A DNA stretch of 64,000 nucleotides from Hormiphora californensis (lineage: Eukaryota > Animalia > Ctenophora): assembly GCA_020137815.1 (NCBI GenBank), contig CM035350.1, positions 5,394,001 to 5,458,000 of the forward strand, written 5' to 3'. A model generated the notes under the pieces. The model was given only the letters and a program-made list of their open reading frames with translations, searched no databases and was not told where the DNA came from. Both the position numbers and the translations under genes were made by a program. Below are positions 1 through 64,000 of the stretch, in pieces; within the stretch, counting starts at the first letter, position 1; every line of letters begins with the position of its first letter.

Positions 1-3
1 TAC

Positions 4-51348
<51,345 letters not shown>

Positions 51349-52216
51349 CGGGTGAGCTCAGAGAAACTCAGCTTTATCACAAGGAACAATTTGGGAATAA
51401 AAATTAATATATGCAGCAAGATGAAAGATGAAAGAGAGAGAGAAGAAGAGAGAGAGAGAGAGAGAAAGATAGCGAGACGCGAGATAGATAGAGAGAGCGA
51501 GATAGATAGCGAGATCTCTATCGAGAGAGAGCTGATATGAGACTAGATAGAGAGAGATCAGCGAGAGAGAGTGGAGCGCGAGATCTCTCTCTCTCGCTCT
51601 CGCGATCGCTCTCTCGCTCTCTCGCGCTCTCTCTCGCGCGAGAATCTCTATCGATGAGAGAGAGCGATCGCGAGCGTCTCTCTCTCGGAGAGAGCGAGAG
51701 AGAGAGAGCGATGAGAAGAGACATACGAGCAGAGGTACACAGAGATCTGAGAGCTCGGCGAGACACTCTGAGATAGAGACTAGAGAGATGGAACTATCTC
51801 TCCCACACCCCATGACACACAAATGTCGGCAGCATGCACGACAGGACCCGGGAAAAGTCCTAGAGAGAATTCTGGTTGTTCTACAAGTCAACTCTCCCGA
51901 CCATGCTGTTCCTGGTATACCCCAAAGTGAACCAATTTAATGGGGGGTCGGGTTTGTGGCGGAAGTAAATTGGGTGACAGATATATCAGGACCAAGGAGC
52001 TATATCAAACACTCAACAATAAATGTAGCTGTGGTAACAGGTCTCTCCGAATCCGGAAAAATAGCAAATTCTCCACGACACGAAATGCAGCTACTGCCGA
52101 TTATATCACTATTGTTCACTGTACATAATTGAGTAGTACACATTCGGTAGAGTAAAACACGCGGAGAGAGAGGGGAGAGCTGTGAGGTACGTTACTAAAG
52201 GGAGACTTCAGCATCA

Positions 52217-52230
52217 GTTGCCATGGCAAC
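52217..52230. promoter_or_regulatory. X-box (RFX binding site), perfect palindrome GTTGCCATGGCAAC
   Basis: Exact RFX consensus about 870 bp upstream of the dynein ATG and about 120 bp upstream of the divergent putative ATG at 52352. RFX control of ciliary genes is established. Confidence 0.65.
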
Positions 52231-52351
52231 ATTATGTTATACCCGCGTGAAACACTACACCTCGAGCTGAGACTTAGCACATCCTAGCTAGCAGCTTTCC
52301 TCTCTCTCTCTCTGTCGACTCCCTCTAAGTTTTTGATCTGATTTTGTGTGC

Positions 52352-53253
52352 ATGGGGGACCACGTTAAGATAGTTGCTGTTTGGGGGACTTGAAACCCGC
52401 TACCTGTGTGTTGCTGAAGATGCAGTGATCAGGTTAACACGACGGTTTAAGGTGCAAGAAGGAAACCAAGGGAAACGATTTGCGCATCGTGTGCTTTTCT
52501 CTTCTCACCGCCATGGCGCCACTGGTATTGGTAACTGATACTCTGCTGTTGACGGTTGTGGTAGGATATCTGGTCATGATGAGGACTCGTAAAACTAGGA
52601 TGACCAAAAAGCGGAACTATGATATGGGCGGCACGGCCATGAAAAAAAGCTTTCTCCAGGAATTGATGACTCACGAAACTACTAGAATGTATACCGGATG
52701 CCATTTTAACATGGTTGATGTGACCATGACAGCTGTAAAACGAGTTGATGCGACCACAGTTGTAGCAATTTAAAACGAGTTGATGCGACCATGACAGTTG
52801 TAGCAATTTAATACGAGTTGATGCGACCACAGCTGTAGCAATTTAAAACGAGTTGAAGCTCGACCCACCTGTACTGCAGATTGGCGAGTTTTAATGATTC
52901 CCCGCCTGAACAACAGTGATGCCATGTTCTTCATGATAACTGTTATAGGGCAGCTGGACAAGAAACAAGGTACTATAGGTTAACAAAACTGAGCTGCAGA
53001 TACTGTACTGTTAGTCTGTTTGTCAGTCTGTTTGTCAGTCTGCAGATACCATGTACTGTTTGTCTGTTTGTCAGTCTGCAGATACTGTACTGTTAGTCTG
53101 TTTGTCAGTCTGCAGATACTGTACTGTTAGTCTGTTTGTCAGTCTGTAATAGCCATGCAATGGGATGGAACTACCACAGAAGTGAGAACATTTTCACGAA
53201 ACAAGTACATTCAGCTGATGACACAGCTTACTCTTTTTAAAGAAATTGATTGA
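52352..53253 (+). CDS. Putative small divergent gene, unknown function (beta-trefoil-like motifs); exon chain only partly resolved
   Basis: MGDHVKIVAV, then after a 1-bp shift in a T/G run GLETRYLCVAEDAVIRLTRRFK...HGAT G|gt...ag|GYLVMMRTRK...; later ag|..WRVLMIPRLNNSDAMFFMITVIGQLDKKQ G|gt and ag|AMQWDG...KEID*. One junction is unresolved. Confidence 0.35.
52712..52862. repeat. Tandem repeat of about 35-38 bp
   Basis: gttgatgcgacca(tga)cagttgtagcaatttaaaacga, about 4 copies. Confidence 0.85.
52993..53147. repeat. Tandem repeat of about 34 bp
   Basis: ctgcagatactgtactgttagtctgtttgtcagt, about 4 copies. Confidence 0.85.
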
Positions 53254-53715
53254 CAAAGTATACTACATGTGTAATGGTTCATTGGGGAACTTCAGCAGTC
53301 ATTTCCATCTTACTCGAGTGCAGCTTTCTTACTCTCTCACTCTCACTACCCGTCTTTCTCACTCTCACTACCCGTCTCTCTCACTCTTACTACCCGTCAC
53401 TCTCACTCTTTCTACCCGTCTCTCTCACTCTCACTATAACCCGTCTCTCTCACTCTTTCTACCCGTCTCTTTTACTCTTCCGATGGTATTTCTATCCACC
53501 TCACTCCCCTCTCTTCCCCTCTCTTTCCATCCTAAGTTTACTGACAATATATGCCAACGTGAGAGTACGTGGCCGTTATAAAGAGAGATAGAAGGATAGG
53601 GAGATGATGAATCAAATAGTACAGTAGTTGTGCACTATGCCAGTACTTTTTCAAATAGTAAATGCTCATGCGACTCTTCTAATATGATTAATGCTGAAAT
53701 TGACCTACTACTACT

Positions 53716-53890
53716 ACAGCTCACAACACGCTATCTCTCTCTCAACAAGAGGAGCAATAGTAATATGTGAAGCTGAAGCTATCCATGATAAGAGTATAGA
53801 TCTGATTGGGCTGATGCTGACTTACATAGACTTTGAGGATCCGCTTTGCCACAATGACATCGAGTCCAACTCTTGAGCGGAGTTTCCTCA
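53716..53890 (-). CDS. Two putative terminal exons of an unknown gene (..EETPLKSWTRCHCGKADPQSL | SHITIAPLVEREIACCEL*)
   Basis: ag|...|gtaagt exon at about 53826-53890 joins in phase to a short exon at about 53716-53782 that ends in TAG. No recognisable homology. Confidence 0.25.
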
Positions 53891-54055
53891 TCTAATATAC
53901 TTTAGAGCGGGGATCAAGGCGTTACAGCTGCTGCAGTGACCGGGCAATCAAAAAGAGGAGAATTGATGTGCCCCAACCTCTACAATCATAGTATCTGCTT
54001 CACGCTAATTTCCCCATGCCGGACTGCAGCAGCGCTCGTTGACCACTCATGGGAG

Positions 54056-54113
<58 letters not shown>

Positions 54114-57100
54114 GGGAGAGAGAGAGATCTATGCGAAGCGAGCTGTCTCTATCTCACGCGCCCTCGAGATAGAAGAGATAGCGGCGCGAATATCTCTATA
54201 GCGCATAATATATCGCGCGAGATAGTATGTCCTCTAGATAGAGATAGATACTCATAGCTATAATATATATCCGCCTCCCTGTTGGCGAGACAGGATCAGG
54301 ACTTGCGTATCGTGGTGGGTGGGTATATTAGGAACTATCTGATCTCGACTACGACTGCCACACCGTGGTTAGTGCAGTCTCTGCTGGTCTGGGGAGACAC
54401 CGAGAAATGTAGAGATGGAGCTTTAATATACATCGAGGGTCCGTCGGACATACAATGGGCACTAATTTAATCGCTGTCTCCTAATCGACAACCAACCTTA
54501 AATTACTAACCCGAACTCCCACGGGCATTATGTCACCAGCGGCCTGCCTGTACAGTGCTAGTGCGCTGAAGAATTGTGATTCCCAGCGACTATGTGACCT
54601 CTCACACAGCTTCCCCGTAGATATTGTTGTTCTGTAGAACGTTATCAGAACAGCTGTAGTAGATCTCTTATAGCGACCGATTAATCACAGTTCATATTGT
54701 ACTTGGTCAGCAGCATTGGATGACACAGGCCGATTATCTCGTCGGTAGAAAATAATAGTACTCATTTGGATGGACAAAACATGAGCTGAAAGACTGTTTT
54801 CCTCGAAAAAGAGCAAGTCTGAGCAATTCAAACAAAAAGTACTTACAACTTTGGTGTGAAGGGTTGTGCGTAACCACAAGACTGTCGATAGCCTCTTAAA
54901 TCCAACTGGAACTCTTCGAGACATCTTCGGTGCAGCACAGTATATGTACAACTACTAAAACTACTCAAGCACGCAAGTGAGATACACAACACAGCCGTAA
55001 AGTTTCATGAGAGAATGCATTACAACTGCCCCACGCCGAACGATGAGAAACACGATGAGAGATAGTGATGGAAAAGAGTGAGAATAGAAAGAGAGTGAAG
55101 GAAAGAGACAGAAAGACATTCAATAGAGAAGGATATAAAGGAGGTGCACTTGCGGCACTTGCTGCATGACATTCGATCACACGGGATTATGATTGGGGGC
55201 ACAATCTCAGAAAGAAGCTAGGACATCGCAGGATCATATGAATGCGGCATAGCTTCATAGTCATACACAGACACGACAAATCAAGCCAAATATCGGAAGG
55301 AGGTTTTCGTAGGAATCGATTCTCAGAATATGTATGCTCATAAAAAAGTGCAGTTTTGTGACCAAGCTGCATAATCCAGTATCTAATAGCTGGATAGCAT
55401 GTATAAAACTCAACTTATTACATGGGGTTAAAGTTCTCAACATTGGTCCCAGCTAGTATCGTAGCGGTCCCCAGTCTGAGCCGGACATAAAACGTAATAT
55501 GATGGCGGTTTTAACTTATTCAAAAATTTCCTTCCGTTCCCCCCACTGGATCCCTCGGGATATGGCATCGATCCACTGCCCAGCGTGTATTGCATCTATA
55601 ACTCCCACCTAGTCAAGAATTTTATCCTTGCAGTGTGCAACGCGACGCCCTCTGGCTTACAGCGACCTTCGGATCGCAGCTGCGATTGTCGCGGCTTAGG
55701 TCAATAGACAGCATCGGTTTGCAGTATGTTAGTATTTGCTCTCACGCCGATATAGTATGCCGACATTTAACAGGACACTGAGGCAGTCTCGGTGAAGATG
55801 TTTGTACGGGGAGCTGAAGGAGTGGAGAAATCAGAGAGAAGAGAGAGCGAGAAGATAGAGAGAGAGAGTAGGAGATGAAGTAGAGAGGACGAAGGAGAAG
55901 AATGAGAGAGGTAGTAGAGACAGAGAGAGAGAGAGGAGGATACTTTAGAGACACGAGAGAGAAAACGCGGGAGTGAAGGAAAGACGGGACCCATAATTTC
56001 TTCCGTTGTCATAGTGTAGGTGTGTTTTTTCTCGGCTGACAAACTGATCAAGCTTGAGACAAGTTTAACTAAAAGCTTAGCAGGATATTATCATGGTCTC
56101 AAAGAACGCTTATTCGAATCGATTTTTCGATGGTGAGCAAGATTCAATACGTGATCAGTACACTCGTCCTTCACTCCTCAAGCTCTTCTCTCATCGCGAA
56201 TGAATATGAGTGCAACTGTCATGTCAGATACATATATACAGCAGAGGCGTTGATTCTTATGCTTTTGATTAGGCTAGCATCAGGCAAGTCTTAGCACTGG
56301 TCACAAAAAACATCATTCTCGACAACAACGAGTATTATACTGCACACACAGTGCATGACTCATGACAAGTGGACCAGCTGCATTCCTTTACTAGATCACC
56401 CTGACAACCCGTGGGGTGTGGTAATGTTACCATGGTAACAACTATAGGGTAGATAGTTAACAAGCAGGGTACCTACCAGGGAGTTACTGAATTTCCGCTG
56501 AAGCCGCCGGATTCGAGATAGTTTCGCCTTCTTTACTATGGCATACATCCCGCTTCGACTAACAGATCAATACATACTCGAGAGAGGGGAGTCAGATATT
56601 GATACTTACGTCTAAAAATTATGTGTTGAGAGTTTCATACTGTTTCATCATATATCCCGCATTAGCAACTTCTTAAGATGCACTAACTCCCTGCATTTGT
56701 CCAGCCTTTACATATTTCTCTCTTTTGATCCCTCTCCGCAGCACAGGATTCGGAGGGAAGAGACCGTTTGAAAGGAGCTGCATACTAATTCTCCTTGTTG
56801 CTGCTTCCGAGCAGCTCGCTGCGCACCTCTCGCTCGAACAAAATAGCAAAAAAAGGCGTGCGGTAGACTTGCGTGCGCGTGGGTATGGGGCTGTGTGTGG
56901 GGGGGGGGGGTGGGGGGGGCCCGTGCTCCGTCGCGCCTCTCTCCGCTGTCGTGGGCACCTCAGCAATCGAAGTTCTTCGTCTCTGTCTTGTACTAAAGCC
57001 CCGGGGGGGGGCGGGGCTTTTTTTTTTTTTTTGTTTTTCTTTTTGTTTTTTCTTTGTGGTGTGGTTCCGCCCCCCTAGCTGCTATACGGTCTCAAAACAC

Positions 57101-58457
57101 CAACTAACTGGGGTCCCATGTATATCTTCTCTATCCTCCTTAAATTCTCTCAAATCTCTATCTCTATGTCACTCACTCATTCCTTTCCTCTCTTTCAAAT
57201 GTATCTCTGTCATGTATCTTACCACTCGGGAGCGTAGAGTCTTGACGACCATTAAGTGAGTCCGTTTGTAATTTCGTGTCATCGCGGGGGATTAAGTAAA
57301 ATCAGCCACAGTAGAGGATCGGGACGATCAGTCGATCAATGACTCCGGATTAGGTTCAGAGATTCCGCTCGGTGTTCCAACCTACGTCCACTACGATTGT
57401 AGCGACAGTTTTCCACCGAATCTTTTTTTAAAGTTGTTTCCTGATCTGCTGACACACACACAAGTTTAACAAATCCTGCTTGTTGTAGCTGACTTCAGGA
57501 TAATATTTACAGGATTTACAAAAAGCACTCTACCGACAAGAAGAGAAACTAGCCAGGTGGCAATGTAGTCAGTAGTTACCCTTCTTCTTCTTCTCAGCTC
57601 TATTACTTTCTCTCTCCTTTTCTCTCTCTGATCTCTCTCTTGGTCTGAAACTCTATCTAGACCTGTACATTAATTAACTCATTTTTATCACCCAGCTCGG
57701 TAATTGTATCCAGGCTGGGTGTTTTCCCAGTTGTGTTGATGATGGTTGCCATGACAACACAACTGCTGTTGAGTGAAACCAGATACATATACCCACATCT
57801 AACAGGTGCATTCCTAACAACCAAAACACAAAACAATCTGTCGGTCGGTCGGTCGGTCGTTGTTTGGCAAAAAGGAAAAGTCTCAATAAAAGTTGAACTA
57901 TTACGTTAGCAGGAAGGTAGCTCATAGAAGCGTATACTGACGCGATCATTATACTCCGTATAACAGGTGTACTAATCTGGTATGGTTGCTATGGTAACAA
58001 TGTAATGGTCGTGTAGGAGAGAAGAACTGAACGCCCTATTTCCTAGAGAATTATAGCAGGTACACTCCAGCACCTGTTCCTGTCCCCATTTCATGATAGC
58101 TTTATGAAACTTTTGGTAAATATAATTGATCTCATTTGAAAACTTAAAAACAACTTTACTGCTATTCTTACCTCACTTATCCAGATATTGTGGATGCTGG
58201 AGACTCGGGAGAGACGTCTTGAAACCACTGATTGTCTCAGACTCCTTCCCAGCATGTTGTTCATGAAGCTGGGAACTGGGAGCAGCAAATGTTTCAGTTG
58301 AGATCAGCAACAATACATCGAGAGTACGATAGCAAGCAAGAAAAACCAGTGAAGCAGAGACTGCAGGTCCCTAGCTTGCTACAGTATTGTTAATGAAATA
58401 GTGGAACGTCTGCGGCAGTGTTTACAATCTTAGAGGAAGGTATGAAGTCTGCATGGC

Positions 58458-58607
58458 GTGGAGAGATAGATGAATATAGAGAGAGGGAGAGAGATAGATA
58501 TAGAGAGAAGGATACAGAGAGAGATAGATAGATATAGAAAGAGGGATACAGGGAGAGATAGAGAGATAGAGAGATAGAGAGATAGATAGAGAGATAGAGA
58601 GAGAAAG

Positions 58608-58674
<67 letters not shown>

Positions 58675-58742
58675 GAGAGAGAGAGACGAGAGAGAGAGAC
58701 GAGAGAGACGAGAGAGACGAGAGAGACGAGACAGATAGATAG
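58458..58742. repeat. GA/GATA microsatellite
   Basis: Direct inspection. Confidence 0.9.
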
Positions 58743-59133
58743 TTGCATGTTATCGGTGCACTATCAAGTACCAGATCTGATGGTACTGGACTATTGGAGT
58801 ATTGGAGTATTGAACTTCATATACCGTATCTCCGATGAAGCTGTTGAATGATCATGATAAATACACTACAGGACTTCTGCAAAAGAAGAAACAAAGGAGC
58901 TTTTATTGGGGAAATGTTTAAAAATAAACAACGTCAAAACATGCAATAATATGGCGCCGTTGTGATCGGCCGTTAGCCCGATCTTAGTCTAGGATATGTT
59001 CAAGAAGTGAAAGAAACTTTCATAGAATAAATGTCAAGGAAGAGGAAAAGTCCAGTGAACAAAATGTGAAACAGTTTCAATTGGAGTTCAAATCGGACCT
59101 GTAACTGCAATATTATTAGGGTTGAAAACGATA

Positions 59134-59173
<40 letters not shown>

Positions 59174-62100
59174 CTATCTCCGTCACTCTCCCCACTCTCC
59201 TTCTCTTTCCCTCTCTTTCTCTTTCTCTCTCACTCTCTGTCTTTTTCACCATCAACCCCCCTCTCTCTCTATCTCCTGCCATGGTCCTCGACCAGGGAGC
59301 ATGAATAGTTAACGCTCGTATCGAGTAACAGGCCGGCATGTCTTTACTATACATAGAAGCTTAAACAGTAACGACAGTCCAAAAAGATCGTCAGGAGATA
59401 TTGATTCCTGAAATACAATTTGTGCATGAATAATTCCATTCATATCAAAGAAACTCCATCGCATATCAGAAGAAGACCGACTCTATCATATATCGGAAAG
59501 AGTGGTAAATAGAGAGCTAGGAACCAATACGAAAAGGACGAATAAGAGAAGGCGCTGCTGTCACACGAGAGATCGTGTGCCATGTAAGGTTGATTATCTA
59601 GTTGGACACCTTGACCAACAACTACGAGTTGGAACCACCTCGGTTTTTCATTCTCTACACCGCTCTCTCTCACATGGTAACCATGGTAACCATCGGAGAA
59701 TTACTAATGATCCCCTGTAGAGCATGCTGCTACCAACGCTGTCACGAGATCGTGTTTCTTAATTTTGGAACGTGGGAAATAAGATCACTTATAGATCACA
59801 ATTGTATGTGCTGATTTAAGAAATTGAGTTCTACATTGAATTCAATTTTCAGTCATCAGGTTAGAACCAGATTCTAACTAATTTTAGTTCCCAAACGTGT
59901 TGCATCTTGACGAGAAGCCCAGCCCAATGTAATAACCCGGACCTTTTAAACACAATGTCACACTTTAGGACAACTGAACAAGGGACTCCAACCCGCCCCA
60001 ATTCAAATCCTTTATGTTACCCCTGTTACTGACCTGTAGGGCGAGGGAAACGACACTCATTCTTCTGTTGATCACCTGGAGATGAACAAATAATGCAGGT
60101 AGAAAGCAACAAGTGTACTGTCGTATCAGCAGTCTCGACTAGACTCTCTAGTATAGATCTGTCGTATGTGTCAAAAACACACAAACACTCCTCTCTCCCT
60201 CTCTATCCCTCTCTCAAAGCCTTTCCCCCCCTCAGTTTCGAATGTGGGTTTTTCCCGGGGTTTTTTTTTTTCTTCACTTATAAATTTTGGGCTTATCCTA
60301 CTCTTTCTGGGCTTTTTTCACGGATGCACCTTTATATCACAGAAAAGCTGGTTCCCTTTGGAGGCACTTTCAAATTGCACAACTGCAGCAGTATGGGGGT
60401 AAGGGCACTTCAGACCCCTTCACTGGTTGTATGTGGTGGGAGGCAGGTTTGGGGTAGGACAGAAAGTCAGACAACGCACGATAAATGATAATATTAAAAT
60501 GTTTTTTTGAAAATAAAAAATGATCATGATTTCACGAAACCCCTACAAATATTCACAACAACCCAAAAAAACCACGCAATTTGGGGCAAAAAAAACAACG
60601 AACAAAAAAGTGAGCTGTGGTGTGATACGCGTGTACCAGGTGAAACGCACGGCGCGCGGGGGGCGCTGGCAGAGGTGATTGGTTCTGTGGGGTTTCTTCC
60701 ATTTTCGTTTTTTGAAATTAGGATTGTAATTAACTTCAACGTTGAAAAACTCGTTCTTCTTGTTTTTTGACTAACCTTGCTGTCCATTCCAAACTTCCCT
60801 CCTCTGCTCTCCTGTGCGATGGAGAAGAGGGAGGGTCGATTGCTGCCGGGCCTCCTTCCCCGGGCGGCGGACGCCTTTTATGATGGCTAACCGGGACCTC
60901 CCCAAAAGGGGGAAGGGGCCCCGGGGCAATGGGGGAAGTTTTCCGGTCCAGGAACGAGGAACAACTTTCCCGGGAAAGGACTGACAGTGTTCCCACACAA
61001 ATATGTAGCAAAAAACAACAGAAAACAAGATATTGAATAACTGTGTAAGATATAGATCGTTATAACCCCTGCTGTGCGAGCTTGTGGCGATCTAAAATAA
61101 ACGGTACCCCGGTCAGAAAGGGGGAAAACCCAATAAAAAACCCCCCGATATACCATACACCAGTTGCTTAACGTCACAATCAAAAATGTTTTGAAAAAAC
61201 TAAACGGAAAAGGGAGGAGCGGAAGGAGAGAGTGAGAGGGGGAAAAAAGAGGAAGAGGAGAGAGAGAGAGAGGGGGGGGGAAAGGAGGGAAAAGGGGAAT
61301 TTTAAAAGGGGGAGGAAAAGGGGGAAAAAAAAGGAGGGGGGAAGGAGGGGGAGGAAAGAGGTGAAGGGAAAATTTTGGAAAAATTTCCATCGAACTTTTA
61401 CTTTTTTTCCTGTCTCTCTTTCTCCTCCTCCCAAAATCTTTTTTCCCCTCTCTTTTCTCTCTCTCCTCTCTCCCCTCTTCTCTCTCTCTCCCCCTCTCTC
61501 TCTCTCCTCTCTCTCCCCCCTCTCTCTCTCTATCTCCCCCTCCTATTTTCTCTCTCTTCTCTCCTTCCTTTTTCTCCCGGAACCCCCTGGGGGGAAATAA
61601 GCACTTTTGGGCTCAAACCCAAATGAAACACATTAACATAATTTAATTAAATAAAATCCCCGCCCCACCATGGTCGGGGTTTTAGCACACGGCTCTACTC
61701 GGTTTTAATTCACTAATTTCGATTAAATTGTGGGGAAAATCGTAAAGTTTTGGTCAAGTAGAATTTCTTGCCCCCTATAGGGAAATTCATGCATTGAATT
61801 AATATTGGCCATGACCCCTCAGGGTCCGGACCGGCCCCAAAACAACCACTCGGACTCCTTTGAAAGGCATATTTTGGTACTTGAAACTGGAAAAATTTCC
61901 ACAGCCAGCATCAACTATTGCTTCACGTTTGTGACACGACACAATTGACAATTTATAGAACACAAATTGGGCCTTTAAATAAGGACACAATTTTAAAACA
62001 TTTGTAAGGACACAATTGGCCCCTTTGGTGAGGAAAAAACAATTGGGCACAAATTCCCAACCAAAAAGGTTGTCGTAACCCTTAACAGCAAAACCCACCC

Positions 62101-62398
62101 TATTCGTACCATTCATCCCTGTGGTTTGTTTGGGGGTGAAATTCAAAAATATATAATAATAAAGTTCCACTTTGGACATGAAACAGACAAAAACGGGACT
62201 TCCCGACAAACCCACGCCCAATTCACTTCAGCTCCCCCCTTTCCCCCCTGCACCACCACTCACAATTATAGGCACCACTGTTTTACAGGGTGTCCCCATT
62301 CTTCTACCCCTACCCTTTGAAACATGGGGGCCGACGCTGCAGTATCTTATTAAAAGGGTGGGAAAATAAAAATTAGGACTTTTTCTTTATTTACTTAC

Positions 62399-62719
62399 CT
62401 TATCAAATGAGATGCCCCTCCTCAGTCTCATGGCGGTCTGGCTGTGTCTGGGCATCCTCATGGCAACCATCTCTGCCACACTGATCTTGGTCCTCTTGAT
62501 GATGCCGGCCGTTGCTAGGTTATTGAGGAGTCTTCTCCCCTGAGGTCCCACCTGTTGTTTTAAAGGATCCTGTTGTTGTTGGTCCGGGAGTCTAGCAGAT
62601 AAAGGGGACTGCAGCTGGTCTAGTGGTTTAGATGGTACAGGAGGTTCTGAGATTGATCTGGTGATAGGATGCACCCCTGCTGTAGATTCGGGGCTGCTGA
62701 TGGAGTCATCGGTTGTCAT
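62399..62719 (-). CDS. First coding exon of an unknown gene (S/P/Q-rich, probably disordered N-terminus)
   Basis: ATG-initiated 107-codon ORF MTTDDSISSPES...RRGISFDK ending at a strong donor AAG|gtaagt. Downstream exons not confidently traced. Confidence 0.6.
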
Positions 62720-63404
62720 TTAGCTGATATATCAACCGGTGCAGCGCTAGTGTTTAGGAGCCATATTATACTATTATTAGTGAAGGAAAGATTAATAAAA
62801 TAATACACACGTGACTAAATAGCTGCAGAACAAATATTTTGCATTTCTCCATCTCACTTATTTTCATTCTTTTCTCCTTCTCTCTCTCTTACATTATTCT
62901 CTCCAGCTCTATCAAACACAACAACTATAGTGGTCAACTCAGTACGTTCAAGCTTGATAACAGCGGAAGAGAAGAGAGCATTGCTTTCCACCGTTTGCTT
63001 TCTGAGACTGGCTGGTGGGAAGGAATGGACTGTCATGGTTCTTTTTCCAAGAACATTATATGTAGTGCAATGACAAGTTCAATATATGAGAAAGTAGCAT
63101 ATATCTAGGCGGTACATATAACTCATCAAAAGCAATGCACTGGTGCGAACATTGGTGACATAGACACCTGGCGCGACCGAGATTGAGCTCACACAGTGTG
63201 CGGGGGAACCAACTGCATAAAATGCTGCTAGCGAGGACCATATTTAAGAATCAGTAAACGCTACTAGAAAGTTGCACGCTGCATAGTTTTTACAGGGGCA
63301 GGCAAGAGTGTCAACAAGGAGAGAGATTTATTCTTCTTCCGGAGGAGGAGGGTCAAACAACATGGCAGGGAGAGAGAGATATGGAGGTGATGTGTCAGTT
63401 GAAA

Positions 63405-63984
63405 GGTGGGCGGACTCTAGTGCTAACGGACTCTTTATCTAAATTCAAGGCAGACTCTATATCTAAAAGCGGACTCTTTATCTACAGTTAGACTTTGAAA
63501 AAAATTTAGATAAAGAGTCCGCCCAGTGTAGACTTTTTAGATATAGAGTCCGCACTGTGTAGACTTGTTAGACATAGAGTCCCCTGGTACATTTTGGCGC
63601 CAAATCCCCCAACCCGGACTCTATGTCTAAAATCCTAAACCAACCCAAAACCTAACCCCAACCATAACCCTAACCCTAACCTCGAACCCAAATAATGGCC
63701 CTAACACTTCTCAATTAGTATAGAGGTACAGCAAACTCTCGTTTCCGGCCTAACGGCCGAAATCTCGAGTTCGCTGAGAATGGCGGACTCTATGTCTAAT
63801 TTAGATTTATGTAGATATAGAGTCCGCTCTTTGTAGACTTTTTAGATAAAGAGTCCGCCCTGTTTAGACTTTTTAGAGATAGAGTCCTCCTAGAGTTTAG
63901 ACTTATTTGGACTCTTTATCTAAATCTAAATTTAGATATAGAGTCCACTGTAGACTTAGAGTGTAGCACTAGAGTCCGCACACC
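63405..63984. mobile_element. MULE/Mutator-type MITE (580 bp), second copy, opposite orientation
   Basis: Near-identical reverse complement of 37417-37996; 9-bp TSD cagttgaaa (63396-63404, 63985-63993). Confidence 0.92.
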
Positions 63985-64000
63985 CAGTTGAAAGGAGGGT

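Noticed and set aside
51420-51800. CG-studded degenerate GA/TC tract (also 54060-54270)
   Set aside because: Looks like mixed or mis-called microsatellite sequence and is probably an artefact.
60180-62380. G/A- and C/T-rich tracts and ORFs
   Set aside because: Inflated homopolymers typical of low-quality read ends (also 56880-57080). Not interpretable.

Overview
Eukaryotic (animal) genomic DNA with GT-AG introns. The MITE families resemble ones I recall from ctenophore (Pleurobrachia-like) gene models, but that assignment is an inference. Most of the window (4-51348, minus strand) is a 60-exon outer-arm axonemal dynein heavy chain gene of the DNAH5/DNAH8 type. It runs from its start codon to beyond AAA5 and continues off the left edge. 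Three exons carry 1-bp frameshifts in short homopolymer runs, most likely sequencing errors. An 8-exon class A GPCR with an atypical DCC motif in place of DRY is nested antisense inside one dynein intron. A perfect RFX X-box lies between the dynein start and a putative head-to-head gene with beta-trefoil/FGF-like motifs. The introns are packed with nested non-autonomous DNA transposons (hAT-, piggyBac-, Kolobok-, MULE-type, TA-target and foldback elements). Two inverted Helitron copies, each with a doubled 3' end, bracket seven dynein exons. The most unusual pattern is that minisatellites repeatedly sit flush against splice sites and amplify the splice signals themselves: 9 tandem acceptors, about 22 tandem donors, and branch-point arrays. 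The region 53.6-62.4 kb is partly low quality and only fragmentarily interpretable.
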